This document shows, one piece after another, positions 16,068-44,179 of a stretch of 64,000 nt of DNA. The position numbers and the translations under genes were made by a program. The stretch is from contig JBODTK010000156.1 in assembly GCA_050613775.1 (NCBI GenBank), positions 1 to 64,000 of the forward strand. The letters run 5' to 3'. Numbering within the stretch: the stretch's first letter is position 1; every line of letters begins with the position of its first letter. The DNA comes from Neocallimastix sp. 'constans' (lineage: Eukaryota). The notes below the pieces were generated by a model, which saw nothing but the letters and a program-made list of their open reading frames with translations, did no database searches and was not told the DNA's origin.

Positions 16068-19000
16068 TATATATATTAATATATAAATTAATAAATTCCT
16101 CAATTTAATATAAATATTATTTCAAATACAATAAATATCTAACAGGAGTAAGTAATGATGTTAATTCAAAATAATTCAAATATTGTTTTCATATTTGTTT
16201 GTTAATTTAAAATAACAATTGTTATATATTAAAATAATATAAAAAATTTTTGTTGTATTAACTTCAAAAAGAATAATAATCCAATGAAAAAAAAGGTTTG
16301 AAAATATAAATTTTAGCTTAAAATAATTATGAAAATATTTTTAATATATTTTTTTGAATTATTTATAGAATCTATTAGACATTTATGATGATAAAAAATA
16401 TGAACATTTGCCTATAAATTTAAAAAAAGTATTTGAGAATTACATAAATTAAAATAATTAATGCATAAAAATATTTTTCTAATGTAAAATTTTAATAAAT
16501 AATATTAATATAGAAAAGACGAATCTTAAGTGAAACTGAAAATATTAACACTAACGAACAAGAAAAAGTAAATGAAAATAAAAATAAAATATATATTTAT
16601 TGTTGTTTTTATAATTTGATATATTATTATTATAATTATTATTATTAATTGTATTAAAAAAAATTAAAATAAAAAAAAAAAATTATTTTAAATATTGTAA
16701 TTATTAATATATATATATATTTATTTAATTATTTATTTATTTATTTTTTCATTATTATTATTAAAATTATTATTATTATTATTGTTGTTGTTATTATTAT
16801 TGTTGTTATTATTATTGTTGTTATTATTATTGTTGTTATTATTATTGTTGTTATTATTATTATTATTATTGTTATTATTATTATTATTCACGAAGGAAAT
16901 TCAAAAAAATGAAAAAGAACAAGATAAAAATAATTTATTTGATTATAAAACTCTCAATGATTTAAATGATAATATTTCTTCAAAAACCAGTGAAGATCAA
17001 TTAAGTAATGCAACCTTTACTATTTCATCATCAGAATTAACGAGTCTTTCTGAAATAGATCAATATTTAAGTAATAGTAGTGATGGTGAATATATGGAAT
17101 TAATCAACAAAGAGTTAATGAAAGAAGAAAGGATAAATTTAAATGACAACATCAAAAGCAATATAGATTCATATAATAATAAATATAATATAAATAAAAA
17201 AGATATTTATAAATTTAATACAAAAAATGGAGTTAAGAATGATTTAAAATTAAACGAAAACCAAAAAAATGATAAAAATAACAAAAATAAAAGTAAAAAA
17301 GAATATGAAAGGAAGAAAGAAAATAAAAATTTACCGGGTTTATATAAAGAAGATAAAAATACAATAGAAAATACAAGTTTACCAGGATTAAATAAAGCTG
17401 ACTGTGTTAAAGTCGAAATTGAAAATTTACCAATGTTAAATAAAAATAATATTGAAGTAGAAAATAAGGGCGATTCCATATTGACAGAAAAATATGAAAT
17501 TTTAATAAAAGATAAAGAAAAGCTTAAACAAAATGAAAATAGACTAGATAATGAAAAAATTTTCAAAGAATATAAAAATATAATAGAAAAAAACGAAAAA
17601 ATTAAAATAATAAAAAGGAATAACAATAAATTAGAAAATAAAATGGAAAATAAATTAATAAAAATAGATAGTAATAAAATAGATAATTATAAAATAACAA
17701 GTGAAGAAAAAAATGAGTTATTTGAAAAAGATAATAATAAAGAAGAAAATATAAGAGAACCAGGAATAAACAAAAATTGTATTAAATTGGAAAATAAAAA
17801 TGAAAATTCTGAACTAATAAAAAATAGCAACAATAAAATGGAAACTGATATTAAAAGATTAAATAAAGAACAAAATAATAATAGCAAAGTTAAAACTGAT
17901 GTTATTAAAAATAGTGAAATAAAAAATGATAATATAAAAAATAATAATATAAAAAATGATGATATAAAAAATGATGATATAAAAAATGATAAAATAAAAA
18001 ATGATAAAATAAAAAATGATAATATAATGAATGATGATATCAAAAATGATAATATAATGAATGATAATATAAAAAATAATGATATAATAAATGATGATAT
18101 AGAAAATGGTGATATAGAAAATGGTAATATAGAAAATGGTGATATAAAAAATAATGATATAAAAAATAATGATATAAAAAATAATGATATAAAAAATAAT
18201 GATATAAAAAATAATGATATAAAAAATAATGAAAAAAAAAATAATGATATAAAAAATAATGATATAAAAAATAATGATATAAAAAATAATGATATAAAAA
18301 ATAATGATATAAAAAATAATGATATAAAAAATAATGATATAAAAAATAATGATATAAAAAATAATGATATAAAAAATAATGATATAAAAAATAATGATAT
18401 AAAAAATAATGATATAAAAAATAATGATATAAAAAATAATGATATAAGAATCAATGATATAAAAATTAATTATATAAAAAATGATGATATTCTTAATAAA
18501 ATAATTTTAATTAAAGAAGAATTAATTACTTCGGAAAAAGCGCGTGCAATTGAAAATAATCAAAACCAAAACCTAAAACAAGATAATTTATTCATTAAAA
18601 GTTTTGATAAAATAACTGAAAATAACAAAGATTTATCTATAGAAGATTCTAATACATATTTCAATAAAGAAAAAAATGAAATTACCAATATTATGAATAT
18701 TAAAGGAAAAAAAGAAAACAATAAAAATACAGAAAGAATAATAAATCAAAATAATATTATAAAAAGCAAAGATTCCTTTAATTCTCAATTAGCTTCTGAA
18801 TCAACAACATCTTCATCATATACTTTATCAAGTCGTTCAATATCAGATTCATTAAGTTCAAAAACTGATATAACAGATGAATTCATAATTTCCTCATCTC
18901 ATAATAAAATCAATAATAATGCTGATCTTTATAAGTATATAAGTTCAATAAATACTTCAAGTCAAATTAATGAAAATGAAATAAATTCTAAAAATATTTT

Positions 19001-19985
19001 AAATAGTAAAGAATCTGATATATTCATATATAAAAACGAACAAAATAAATTATTAAATAATGAATTGCAAGAAAATCAAAAAAAGCAATTTAAAAATAAT
19101 AGTAATGATTATACTATTAAAAATAAAATTAATAATCAAATTTATTTTTCATTACAAAAGCAAAAAATTAATGATCTTGAAGAAAAAGAATATTCAAAAG
19201 TAAGATCATCAAATATATTGAGTCATCAAGTTAACAGAGGAAAAAATGATACCATTATAGATAAAAATCAAGAAAATAATATTAATAAAATTAAAAGTGA
19301 TAATAATGATTATAATAATAACAATAATAGCAACAATTTAAATTGTAATAATAATAAAGATAATAAAGATAATAACATAATATTCAATTATACATATAAT
19401 GAAAATAAAAATAATGACAATCAATTTAGTATTAGCGAAGAAAGTTCATCCGAAATGACATTTGAACTTGAAAGAAATAGTTTTAAGCATACAGTTGATT
19501 ATTCAGAATCTGATACTGATTTTAGTAGTAAAAGTAGCGATTCATTTAAAAATAGTAATGAAAATATTAGTAATAAAGGATTATCACATCCAATTAGAGG
19601 AGGAAAAGGTAAACAACCGAGAAAAGGAAAAGGTTTTTATTCAGGTTCGAAATCAGTCCTTCAAACTAATAATACAAAATTTGATGAATACCAATCAGAT
19701 TATGAGTCAATATCGGATGATTCTTTCAATGAAGATTTAAATGAAAATAAAATTAAAAAGGTATCTATATATATATATATATATTAATCATAAATTTACT
19801 AAAATAATATAAAAATTTTTTCAAATATTTAAATTAGTTAAAAGATATACCTATTATAAATCTTGAAAAAGAGAATTCAGTCATGAAGCAATTAAAGATT
19901 CATTTAAGTAGTTCTAAAATTGCCCGAAGAATATATAGAAAATTACAAATAAGAAAAGTAACTTTAATATATATAAATTTTAGTT

Positions 19986-20022
<37 letters not shown>

Positions 20023-21151
20023 TACTAAATTTATATATATTGATAAAATTCATAACAGATTAAGCGAACAACCCAAACCCCAATATTTAATATAGATAGA
20101 TATATGAAAAATTATTTAGCATCCAAAGTAGAATTAAGTCCTATAAGTAATATTAAATTTAAAAGGGTAAGCTTTAGAACAATTAATATTATATTAAAAA
20201 AAAATTGTAATAAAAATAATTTTATATTAAATTTTATTTAAATTTTTTTAGTATCAAATTATATCAGTTAAAAAAACCGAATATAAGAATTCCTTTAAAT
20301 ATCGTTTATTTGGTAAAAGCCTAGATTACAAACATTCATTGGACATTCCAATAATAAGCAAATATACAGGAATAAAGCTTATGCCATATATTTATAGAAA
20401 CTACGACATGAAACCTCCAAAATTAAAGTTATTAGAAGATATTGTGACATATTATAATAGGTAATATAATTATAAAATAACATAATTTCAAAATGATAAT
20501 TAATATTAATTTAAATTAATCCAAAAGAAATAATCCAAAATGGATAAAACCAAAATCTTCACCAATTGATTTTGTACATTTACAAAAAGAACATGTAAAT
20601 ACAGTTAATGAAATGCTTTGTCAAGCTTTTTGGCCAGGAATAAATGGTATTTGTTGTTAAATACAATACTTTAATAAAAATAAAAAGTAAATTAAAAAAA
20701 AAAAAAATTATATTTTTATTATATATATTTATATATATTTATATATATATATATATATATTTCCTTTCTTTCTTTCGCGTTTATTTGTTTGTTTATTTTT
20801 TTATTATAATAAATATTGATATTAATATTTTATTAATTAGTATCTGAACAACTTATGTTTCCGGACTTTTCCATAATTGCCATGTATAAGCATCTAATTA
20901 TAGGATGTGCTTTCATTACACCAGAAGCATATATAACATATATTTATGTACGACCAGAATGGGGTAATTCAGGAATTGGAAAGTAATATAATTAATATTA
21001 TATTTAATAATTAAATTTTATTTTTTATATTTATTATTAATAATTACTAATTAATATTTTTTTTTTATATTAAATATATATTACAATTGAAAGATTTATG
21101 CTCTATTATTTAATTCAAGTAAGATAATTTAATTAAAATAATAGTTATAAA

Positions 21152-21197
<46 letters not shown>

Positions 21198-21201
21198 GTT
21201 A

Positions 21202-21237
<36 letters not shown>

Positions 21238-21438
21238 TTGATTGCTTAATTAGTATAAAATTTTAAAATAAATATAAATTATATATACTAAGTTTTATAA
21301 ATAATTATTAAAATTTATAAAAGTCATGCATAGGAAAAGATATCACATTGCATGTTTCAGCAAATAATAAAGCCATGGTAAAATATTATTCATATTTTTT
21401 AAATAGTATTACTATATTTATTAATTTATTTATTTATT

Positions 21439-21498
<60 letters not shown>

Positions 21499-21620
21499 AG
21501 CTATTATATCAGAAATTTGGATTTAAAGCAGAGGAATTTAATATGAATTTTTATGAAAAATATCTTCCAGCTGATAGTATAGAATGCAAAAATGCCTTTT
21601 TATTACGATTAAGAAGATAA
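14746..21620 (+). CDS. KAT14: KAT14/CSRP2BP (ATAC2)-like protein: N-terminal PHD-type zinc finger, long low-complexity middle, C-terminal GNAT acetyltransferase; multi-exon
   Basis: N-terminal exons give HWNENHTRNKENIYCYCG...CQKCGQLFH...FGDVYYYFKCSVCN. C-terminal exons give PIDFVHLQKEHVNTVNEMLCQAFWPGI...PDFSIIAMYKHLIIGCAFITPEAYITYIYVRPEWGNSGIG...DITLHVSANNKAMLLYQKFGFKAEEF...KNAFLLRLRR, the CSRP2BP-type GNAT end. The large exon is ~16896-19760. Start codon tentative. Confidence 0.8.
17920..18490 (+). repeat. Coding 15-bp tandem repeat (AAAAATAATGATATA; KNNDI) in the KAT14-like gene
   Basis: Over 30 KN(N/D/G)DI-type pentapeptide units, near-perfect from ~18145 to 18445. Confidence 0.95.
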
Positions 21621-22104
21621 TAAAATATGACTAAATATATTTAATTTACATGATTAATATATATATTATTTTGTTTTATTTTCAATAATAAAATACCAAT
21701 TAATTTAATAAATTTAGGTATTTTTTTTAAATAATATAATTTTCAATAATTTAAAATATTTTAATTATGCTTTTTAAGTACTATAATATAAAATATTATT
21801 AATTTTATAGATTATATCACATTATATTATAAAATCAATACTATATCAGAATTATTAATTATATAATTGAATTTTAATATATATTATAAATATATTCTAT
21901 ATTCATTATTATTGTCCAAAAAATATTATAATTTAATATTCAGAGAAATTTTAATTTTTTCTTATTTTTATTATTTTTGTTTTTTTGCTTTTTTGTTTTT
22001 TGTTTTTTATTATTGTATAATATATAAATATAATATCCAATGTATCATACAATTAATAAATTTTAAATATATAAGTTATAGATTACAACTTTTTTATGTT
22101 TAAT

Positions 22105-22280
22105 ATTATTTTTTATTGATTTAATTATTTTTATTGATTTCATTATTTTTATTGATTTTATTATTTTTATTGATTTTATTATTTCTATTGATTTTATTAT
22201 TTTTATTGATTTTATTATTTCTATTGATTTTATTATTTTTTATTGATTTTATTATTTTTTATTGATTTTATTATTTTTAT
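22105..22280. repeat. Intergenic ~17-19 bp minisatellite (ATTGATTTTATTATTTTT)
   Basis: About 9-10 visible tandem units. Confidence 0.8.
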
Positions 22281-22672
22281 ACCTCTTCTTTTTTTTCTAT
22301 TGATTATATACAAAAAATATACATATATATGTAGTAGATCAGATAAAATAATTAAAGTATATTTACAACGTAATAAAAAAAATATGTAATATTTATTAAT
22401 AAAAATTATATAAATAAGCTTTATAGTATAAATGTATAAAAGATTATTTAATAAAATGTGGGCATTTTTTCTTTCGTAGTAAATTTGTTACGTTAATTTT
22501 GTTTTAAAATGAAAAACTAAATAATGAAAAATTAAATAAAAATTAAAATTAATAATATATTAATCAAATCACTTTTTACGTTTTATATATCAATTTTTTG
22601 TATTTATTAAAAATTATTCTTAATTATTAATTTTATTATTGTTTATATACCTCAACTTTTTGTTGTAATGCA

Positions 22673-22715
<43 letters not shown>

Positions 22716-23406
22716 CCGTTGAACAAGACTAATAACTAAAGTATATATAAAATGTTTAAAAATATGTAATATTTATTAAAAAAAAAAATAAATTAATTAA
22801 TATAAATGTATAAATGAATATTTATTAATTAAAGTATTTTACTTTTTTTCATTTGTGGTAAGTTATTGCACAAATTTCATTAAAATATATGAAAAATTAA
22901 ATAAATTTTAAGATGATGAGTAATAAATTATTAGTTAAATTTCATTTCTTAACCCTTTTTTTTTTTTTTTTTTTTTTTTAGTTTTGTTTTGTTTTGTTTT
23001 GTTTATATTTTCAAAATTAAAAATTTTAAGTTCTAAAGAAATTTAATAGCGAAAAATTTTTGTATAACTATAATTAATAATACACTAAAATAAAATTATA
23101 TAAGTATTAAATTTATAATTTGATTATTTGGTTTAATATTAATAAAAAAAGTTTTATTTAATTTAAAAATTTCAATAATTTTAGCTATTTAAATTATTTT
23201 ATTATAAATCATATCTGTATTAAACAAAGGATGATTCTATAAAATAGTAATAATATATATAAAAGAAATTAAAGAATTTTTATAAATCATATATTAACAT
23301 TATTATAATAATTAATTATTAATATCCTAAAATTAGTTTTTCATAAATTCTGCTTATATTAATAGATTTTAATATTGATATAAAAAAATCTAATAATTAA
23401 TATAAA

Positions 23407-29334
<5,928 letters not shown>

Positions 29335-29720
29335 TAACATTAGTGTATGTTTTATTTATTCATTTACATCAGCACCTTTTTTAATGAAATATATATTATC
29401 TATTAAATTGAATTGTTTTATTATTATATTTCTTTTTTATCATTATTATTATTTGTATTAGTATTTATAAGAGCATGATATAAATATAAAAAACGAAATA
29501 TAAAATTATATTAATTGGTTGTATATATTTAAAAAAAGAAGAAATAATTTTATTATTATAAATTAAGATATATATAATTTCTATATCCTTGTTTCAATTT
29601 TTAATAAAATTATTATAAATATTATGAAAAATAACTTACATGAAAGCTACAACATAAATATAATAAAAATAATAAAATCAAGTAATTATAATTTCTTCTA
29701 AAATAAAAATAAATAAATAA

Positions 29721-29756
<36 letters not shown>

Positions 29757-30052
29757 ACTAAAAATATTTGTTTGTTTGTATATTTGTTTATTTATTAATT
29801 ATTTTATTTATTCATTTATTTATTTATTTATTATTTATTTATTTATTGTTTAATTGTTTATTTATGGTTAATTTATATTTTATTTATTTATTTTACATCT
29901 ATTTTTTTTGTTTTGTTTTGTTTTGTTTTATTTTATTTTATTTTAAAATAATAATAGATATAATACATAATTATTTAATTTCTATTTGATAAAGAAGATA
30001 AAAGATATAAAAAATATTTTACTTAATTATAAAAAAATAATTAAATTATTAT

Positions 30053-31582
30053 TTAATAACAGTCTTCAATATTTTTGTTCCACCAATTTTTTATACAGTT
30101 ATAATATTCTGGATGAATGCAAGTATCATTATGATGTACATTATCAAAACGATACCAGAAAACATTATATTGTTCAGGTACTAAAATTTGTTCTGGTATA
30201 TATTGTTCTCTATTTAATGACTCTTCAATCTCTCTTTCTTTCTGAGTACTGGCTTCACGACGAGTATTTCTTAATATTTGACAAAGTTCTTCAAATTGAT
30301 TAGCTGGAACAATTTCATCTAATTCACTACTTAATAATAATATTGGAAGGAAATTTTCACTTCCATTTTTATCCTTCATTTTATAAGTAAATTTTAATAA
30401 TTCTTTTTCAGATTCCCATTTTTCATGACAAAGGAACGTAAATGGGGTTAGCAACGGAATAAGATTTGGAATCAATTTTCTCTGTTTGATAAATTAAATG
30501 TATAATGGATTTTGTTTTAATAAATATTATTTAATTAAATTTCGTTTTTTTTTTTTTTTTTACTTATTTCTTACATATTACCATTGTTAAAAATGTATTT
30601 TCTAAAATTAGTCCATGAATTCTATCTTGATTTTTGGCTGCTAAATAAATAGCAACAGCACCGCCAATAGATTGACCAAAAATAACAATTTTGGAATCTT
30701 TTAAATCTGGACGCTTAAAAATATATTCAAGAGTTGTCTTTAATATTTTTAATTTTTTTTTTTTTTTTTACAAAAAAAAAAAAAAATATTTATTAATTAT
30801 GATTAAATAAAAATTATTAAAATTTATGTTGAGAAATAAAAAATGTTACATTATTATATGATTTTAAATATATTTAACAATAATTAGTATTAATAATGAT
30901 AATAAATACTTCTGCATCAATTTTTATTCCTTCTTCAGAAGCTTGACCTTCACTAAATCCATATCTATGCGAAATAGTAAATTTAATATAAATAATAATA
31001 TTTTAATATAGTAATAAATTAATTATAATTTAAATTTAGAAATATAAGTACTAACCCTCGATATGAGATAATTAAAACATTACAACTATACTCTTCAACA
31101 AAAGATTTAACAATTGGTAATCTATGACCCTTTCATTTAAAATTTAATAATTTTTTCAATAAATTTATATTTAAAATTTAATTATTCCTATATATTAAAA
31201 GTATATTATAAGTAGAAATATAATATTTTGTGTAATCATTTTTTTTTTTTTCTTTTTTCTTTAACTAATTATTTACCATATTTCCTGCATTTGCATGGAA
31301 ATAAATTAATGTTGTTTTTGCGAGCCTTGTTTTTTTATCATCAACAAATTTTTTTACAAGAAATGCTTTTATTATAATTCCATCTTTTGTTTTAATATCT
31401 AAATCCTCATAATCATCCATTTCAAAATCCTTTGGAGTGTAAGTAAATTTTCGAGAATCTATTGGACAATTTGCAGCATAAATAATTTTATTTTGCAATT
31501 TGTAAATTATAAATCCAGATATCCCAACAATAAATGATAATATATATGTAGAATATTGAATTATATCGTAATTAAACTTCAT
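30053..31582 (-). CDS. BEM46: Alpha/beta hydrolase of the BEM46/ABHD13 family, multi-exon
   Basis: N-terminal TM segment then LQNKIIY. Motifs LIYFHANAGNMGHRLPI, SYRGYGFSEGQASEEGIKIDA, IFGQSIGGAVAI (nucleophile elbow), ILENTFL, LDEIVP and HHNDT. Confidence 0.9.
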
Positions 31583-32650
31583 GATTATTATAATTACTAA
31601 CCAAAAAAAAAAGAAATTTTTTAATTAAATATTATATCTTAAATATTATATATTATCTTTTATCTTTTTTTTTTTTAATAATTATTAGCTTATTTATTTA
31701 TAATATTTATTTTTAATTTATTTATATTTATTATTTTCTTCTTTTCTTTTTTTTTTTATAAATATATATTTGAAATTTGATTTATAATTGAAATTTTAGA
31801 TTTTGCGATATAATATATACAAATAAAATTATATTTTTTTTAAAAAAAAATATTTTAATAATTTATAATAATATACTTCATTATACTTTAAAATTTATTT
31901 ATATAAAACTATATAAAATATATACATTATAGACTACTGGAGGATATATAACTAAAAGAATTTATTATATAAATTATATTATTTATATATAAATGTATAA
32001 TACATATAAATTGATTTATTTATTATATCATTCATATTAGCTTTTAAAACAAATAAAATATATATATATTTTAAAATCATTTTTAATAAATTTAGAAATG
32101 AATTTTTATTTTTTTAATCTATTTTTTTATAAAAATAAACAACAAAATTAATTATTCATTTTTATTAACATAATTATTCAATGCTGTAAATAACAATGAA
32201 GAATATAAAATATCATGATTTAGCATTACATACAAATTATGCAATAAATTTATTTGTTAATTATATAAATCCAATTAAGACTATTAAATTATTATGAATA
32301 TTTATAATTAATATTTATCAAAATATATATACATATTTTAAAATATACATATTTTAAAATTAATAACATTTTTTAATATATTTATTTTATTTTATTTTAT
32401 TTTATTTTTCATTTTATTTTATTTTATTTTATTTATTTATTTCTCTTTTAATAGAGATAGATATTTATAATTAATATTGTAGTTATTGAATAAAAAAAAT
32501 TCAGATTTTTTAATTGTATTATTGTATATACTATTATTATATATATTCGATTTTCAAATATAAATTGATTTGAGTTAATCAGTTCTGATAAAAATATTTC
32601 AATATTATTTCATTATTAATAATATTTTATATTAAATGAATATAATATTA

Positions 32651-38706
<6,056 letters not shown>

Positions 38707-38772
38707 TTTTAATTAAATTCAAATTTTGATATATTTTCATTGATTATTATTAAAAATCAAAATTTATAATGA

Positions 38773-38830
<58 letters not shown>

Positions 38831-39434
38831 TTAAAACATTTAGCATAATAAATAATAATAATTATGGTAAAAAAAAAAAAAAAAAAAAAAAAAGAATAAG
38901 AAAAAAAAATAGATTTAATACGTAAATTAAAAATACTTTCAATTATTTCTTTACAACTAATAATAAACAATATTTTCTTATAATATATTTATGATAATTA
39001 TAAATAATTTAAAGTTTTAAGAAATAAAAAAAATTTTATTTAAAAATTTTAATAAATTTTAATAATTAATTATTTATGATATTTAACTTTTAAATTTGAT
39101 ATATGGCATGGAAAAAATAAATGCCATGGATACTATATTATTCCGTAATTTTCAATTAATATTTCAAAAAAAATTTTTTGGTATATGCATAATAACGTAA
39201 TAAATACCAAAAACAAATAAAATTTAAAAGAATTAATCCATCTTATGAAATAAAATAAATTAATTCATTTAATATATACATCTCATCCTATATTTATTAT
39301 TTTTCTCTTAATTTTTATTAATATATTTTAACAGCATCATAATTAATTATCTATATATCAAATAAATATACAAGTATTCTTTCCTTTTTAATTATTTTTT
39401 CTTTTAACTTTTAAACTTTATGGTTATTTTTATT

Positions 39435-41301
<1,867 letters not shown>

Positions 41302-41699
41302 TTTATATTATTATATTTCAGTTTATTATTACATATAAATTTCTTATTATTTTAATAATAAATATTTAAGGGTTTTAAATTATTTTATTTCAAAATTTTA
41401 AAGTTAAATTTTCAATTTATAAATAAAAATTTTATGTAAATTTTATGAATTTTGTAATTATATTTAACCATAAACATTAATTAATTAATTAATTAATCAC
41501 ATGATATATCTATTGATATACGGGGAAGTTGCATTACGCCAATTTTTCACGTGATATATATAAATTTGTGGCTATAGCTATATTATACTACATAATATTA
41601 TTTTATTGTATTATTTTGTTATTTCAATTTTTAAATTAATTATTAAGTGAATAATTAAATAAATCATATAATGGTTAGATTTTATGATTTTAATTCTTT

Positions 41700-42120
41700 T
41701 TTTTTAATAATAATTCTTTTATTTAAATGTTATTAAAAATATAAATATTATTAATTATTTTACTTAAATGTTATTAATAAAAAAAACACATAAAAATATA
41801 AATGTTATTAATAATAATTCTTCTTTTATTTAAATGCTATTAAAAATATAAATGTTATTAATAATAATTCTTTTATTTAAATGTTATTAAAAATATAAAT
41901 ATTATTAATTATTTTACTTAAATGTTATTAATAAAAAAAAACACATAAAAATATAAAGGTTATTAATAATAATTCTTTTACTTAAATGTTATTAAAAATA
42001 TAAAACTAATAATAATAATTTTTTTATTTAAATTTTATTAATAAAAAAATTATATAAAATTACAAATGTTATTAAAAATATAAATTTTATTAATAATAAT
42101 TCTTTTTTTTTTTTAAAAAA
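41700..42120. repeat. Subterminal degenerate direct repeats of MULE copy 1 (TAAATGTTATTAA... units)
   Basis: The motif AAATGTTATTAA(A/T)AA recurs about 10 times. Confidence 0.75.
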
Positions 42121-42429
42121 TTATTAAACGAAATAATAATTATAATGATAAAACTATAAATTATACATTGTATTTGAATATTTATTAAAACTGTATAAAT
42201 TTAATATGCTTTATAAATTAAATTATTGAATGACAGAATTCTGATTATTTCATTTGGTCATTCCTCATTTCTTAATTATTTATTATAAAGTAATATTTAT
42301 ATTATATTATTTAAATTAGTTAAACAATCAAACCACAAATTAATAATTTTATTTCTATCACATTTAGCATCAATTAACTTGGCTTCAATACTTTTGAAGC
42401 GTTCAATTAAGACACTGATTTCGTTAGCT

Positions 42430-43722
42430 TTATTTATTGCTCTTTTTTTTAATTTTCCAAATTCCTCTTATTTTTCTTTGATAATCATAATATGATAAAT
42501 GTTCAAGTTCATTTAATTTATCTATTAATTCATAAAAAGATGGTTTTGTTGGAAATAAATTATTTAAATAATTATTGAGTGATTCTGAGGCATTGTTTGT
42601 TATATGTTCTATATTATTATAATAATTCCAAATTTTCATATCATAATCAATTAAATATGTTTTATAAAAATATTCTAAAAATTTTAAAAATTGACAATAA
42701 TTATTTTTAATGGATTTAATTTTAATTATAACATAAATATCAAATATATATTCAGGATTTATAAATGGTAAATTTGAAATAGCTTTATAATAAATAAATA
42801 TATTATTATTATTTTTTACTTCATTATAGCATAATTTATTTTTTTTAATTTCTAGTGATTTTTTATAATGCCAAATGCAATATTTAATATTTGTATTAGG
42901 AAATATTGTTTTTGCTGCTTTAGATATGGCCCTTTCAAAATCACAATGCAAATTTTTTGGTTCAATTCTAATATTATTGTTACATGTATTAGCATTTTTT
43001 TTCAATTTTTCAAATAACATTTTATATGTTTCTTGTTCTTTATTTTTTAATATTGCAAAAGAAGTAGTGTAAAAACTATCTAATTCTTTAGCATAAGTTC
43101 TTGTAATAAATACTTGATAACTAAATTTAGGGGCAATAAAAAATGTACCATCAACAAATATATCATCATTATATTCCCTAAATAATTTTGCTTGAAAAGG
43201 GGATTGAAAAATTATTAAATTAGAATTTTTGAATATCATAAAATTTTCACCTCGCTTTGTATTATAATATTCAGATTCACTTGGAATTTCAGTAAATGTT
43301 GTTACATTGGATGGTAGTTTTTTATTTAAATTTCTTGATATTTGGGATTTAATTGAATTATATTCTGGACATATAAGTCCCATTTCTTTAGAAATTTTAT
43401 TATATAGGGGTTTTATTTTTATACCAAAAGGAATTGAACTTTTTTCAATTCCATCTTTAATTTTATGTTTCATTATAGATAGGGATACATCGTATTCATT
43501 TTCAGGATGATTATGTGAACTATTATACTTTAAAATTTCTTTCTTATCATTTAAAATAATAAAAGATTTACATTTATTTATTTTTTTATATTCTGTACAT
43601 TTATACACTTTGGAATTATCTTTTCTTTTATATGAAAAATTAAATTTATATTTTTTATTAATAATAATTTGTTCTTTTCCTTTGTTGGATTCACTTATAT
43701 CAATAATTAAATTTTCTTCCAT
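42430..43722 (-). CDS. MULE-family DDE transposase with N-terminal FLYWCH/WRKY-GCM1-like zinc finger
   Basis: YKC..C...HNH finger. Catalytic FVDGTF (D), HCDFE (D), CIWH (CxxH) and TNNASES (E). Confidence 0.92.
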   Translation of the reverse strand: MEENLIIDISESNKGKEQIIINKKYKFNFSYKRKDNSKVYKCTEYKKINKCKSFIILNDKKEILKYNSSHNHPENEYDVSLSIMKHKIKDGIEKSSIPFGIKIKPLYNKISKEMGLICPEYNSIKSQISRNLNKKLPSNVTTFTEIPSESEYYNTKRGENFMIFKNSNLIIFQSPFQAKLFREYNDDIFVDGTFFIAPKFSYQVFITRTYAKELDSFYTTSFAILKNKEQETYKMLFEKLKKNANTCNNNIRIEPKNLHCDFERAISKAAKTIFPNTNIKYCIWHYKKSLEIKKNKLCYNEVKNNNNIFIYYKAISNLPFINPEYIFDIYVIIKIKSIKNNYCQFLKFLEYFYKTYLIDYDMKIWNYYNNIEHITNNASESLNNYLNNLFPTKPSFYELIDKLNELEHLSYYDYQRKIRGIWKIKKKSNK

Positions 43723-44179
43723 TTCTATATTTTTATAAATATTTTTTAATTATATAATTATAATTATTATATTAATTATCCAATATTATTCTTAATATTA
43801 ATTTTGAAAAATTAGTTCTTCAATTATTTGTAAAATAAATAAATAAATAAATAAATAAAGAATGTAATAATATAAGTACAAGTATATAAAATAAAATAAA
43901 TATTAAATGTAATATTATAAAAGTACAAGTATATATAATAAAATAAATATTTATTATTTTTTTTTTATTAAAGAATATTAAAGACAATTTATTTTTAAAA
44001 ATAAAATGTTTTATTTAATTATATATGTTAGAAAGCAAAAAATCATTTATATTTAATGAGATTATTAACTACCAATAATATTAAACTACATCATTAATTG
44101 ATTATAATAAAAATGTAAAAATTTTTCATTTCGAAAACATTGATCTTTAATATTCTTTAATAAAAATTAATAATAGATA

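Noticed and set aside
16782..16895. Poly-Leu N-terminus of the 1001-aa ORF (apparent signal/TM segment)
   Set aside because: It is an intronic (TTA/TTG)n microsatellite read through from a TTG. The exon likely starts at the AG near 16895.
17207..18454. Minus-strand ORFs rich in Phe/Ile/Leu (ISLFF repeats)
   Set aside because: Antisense shadows of the KNNDI/Lys-Asn-rich exon.
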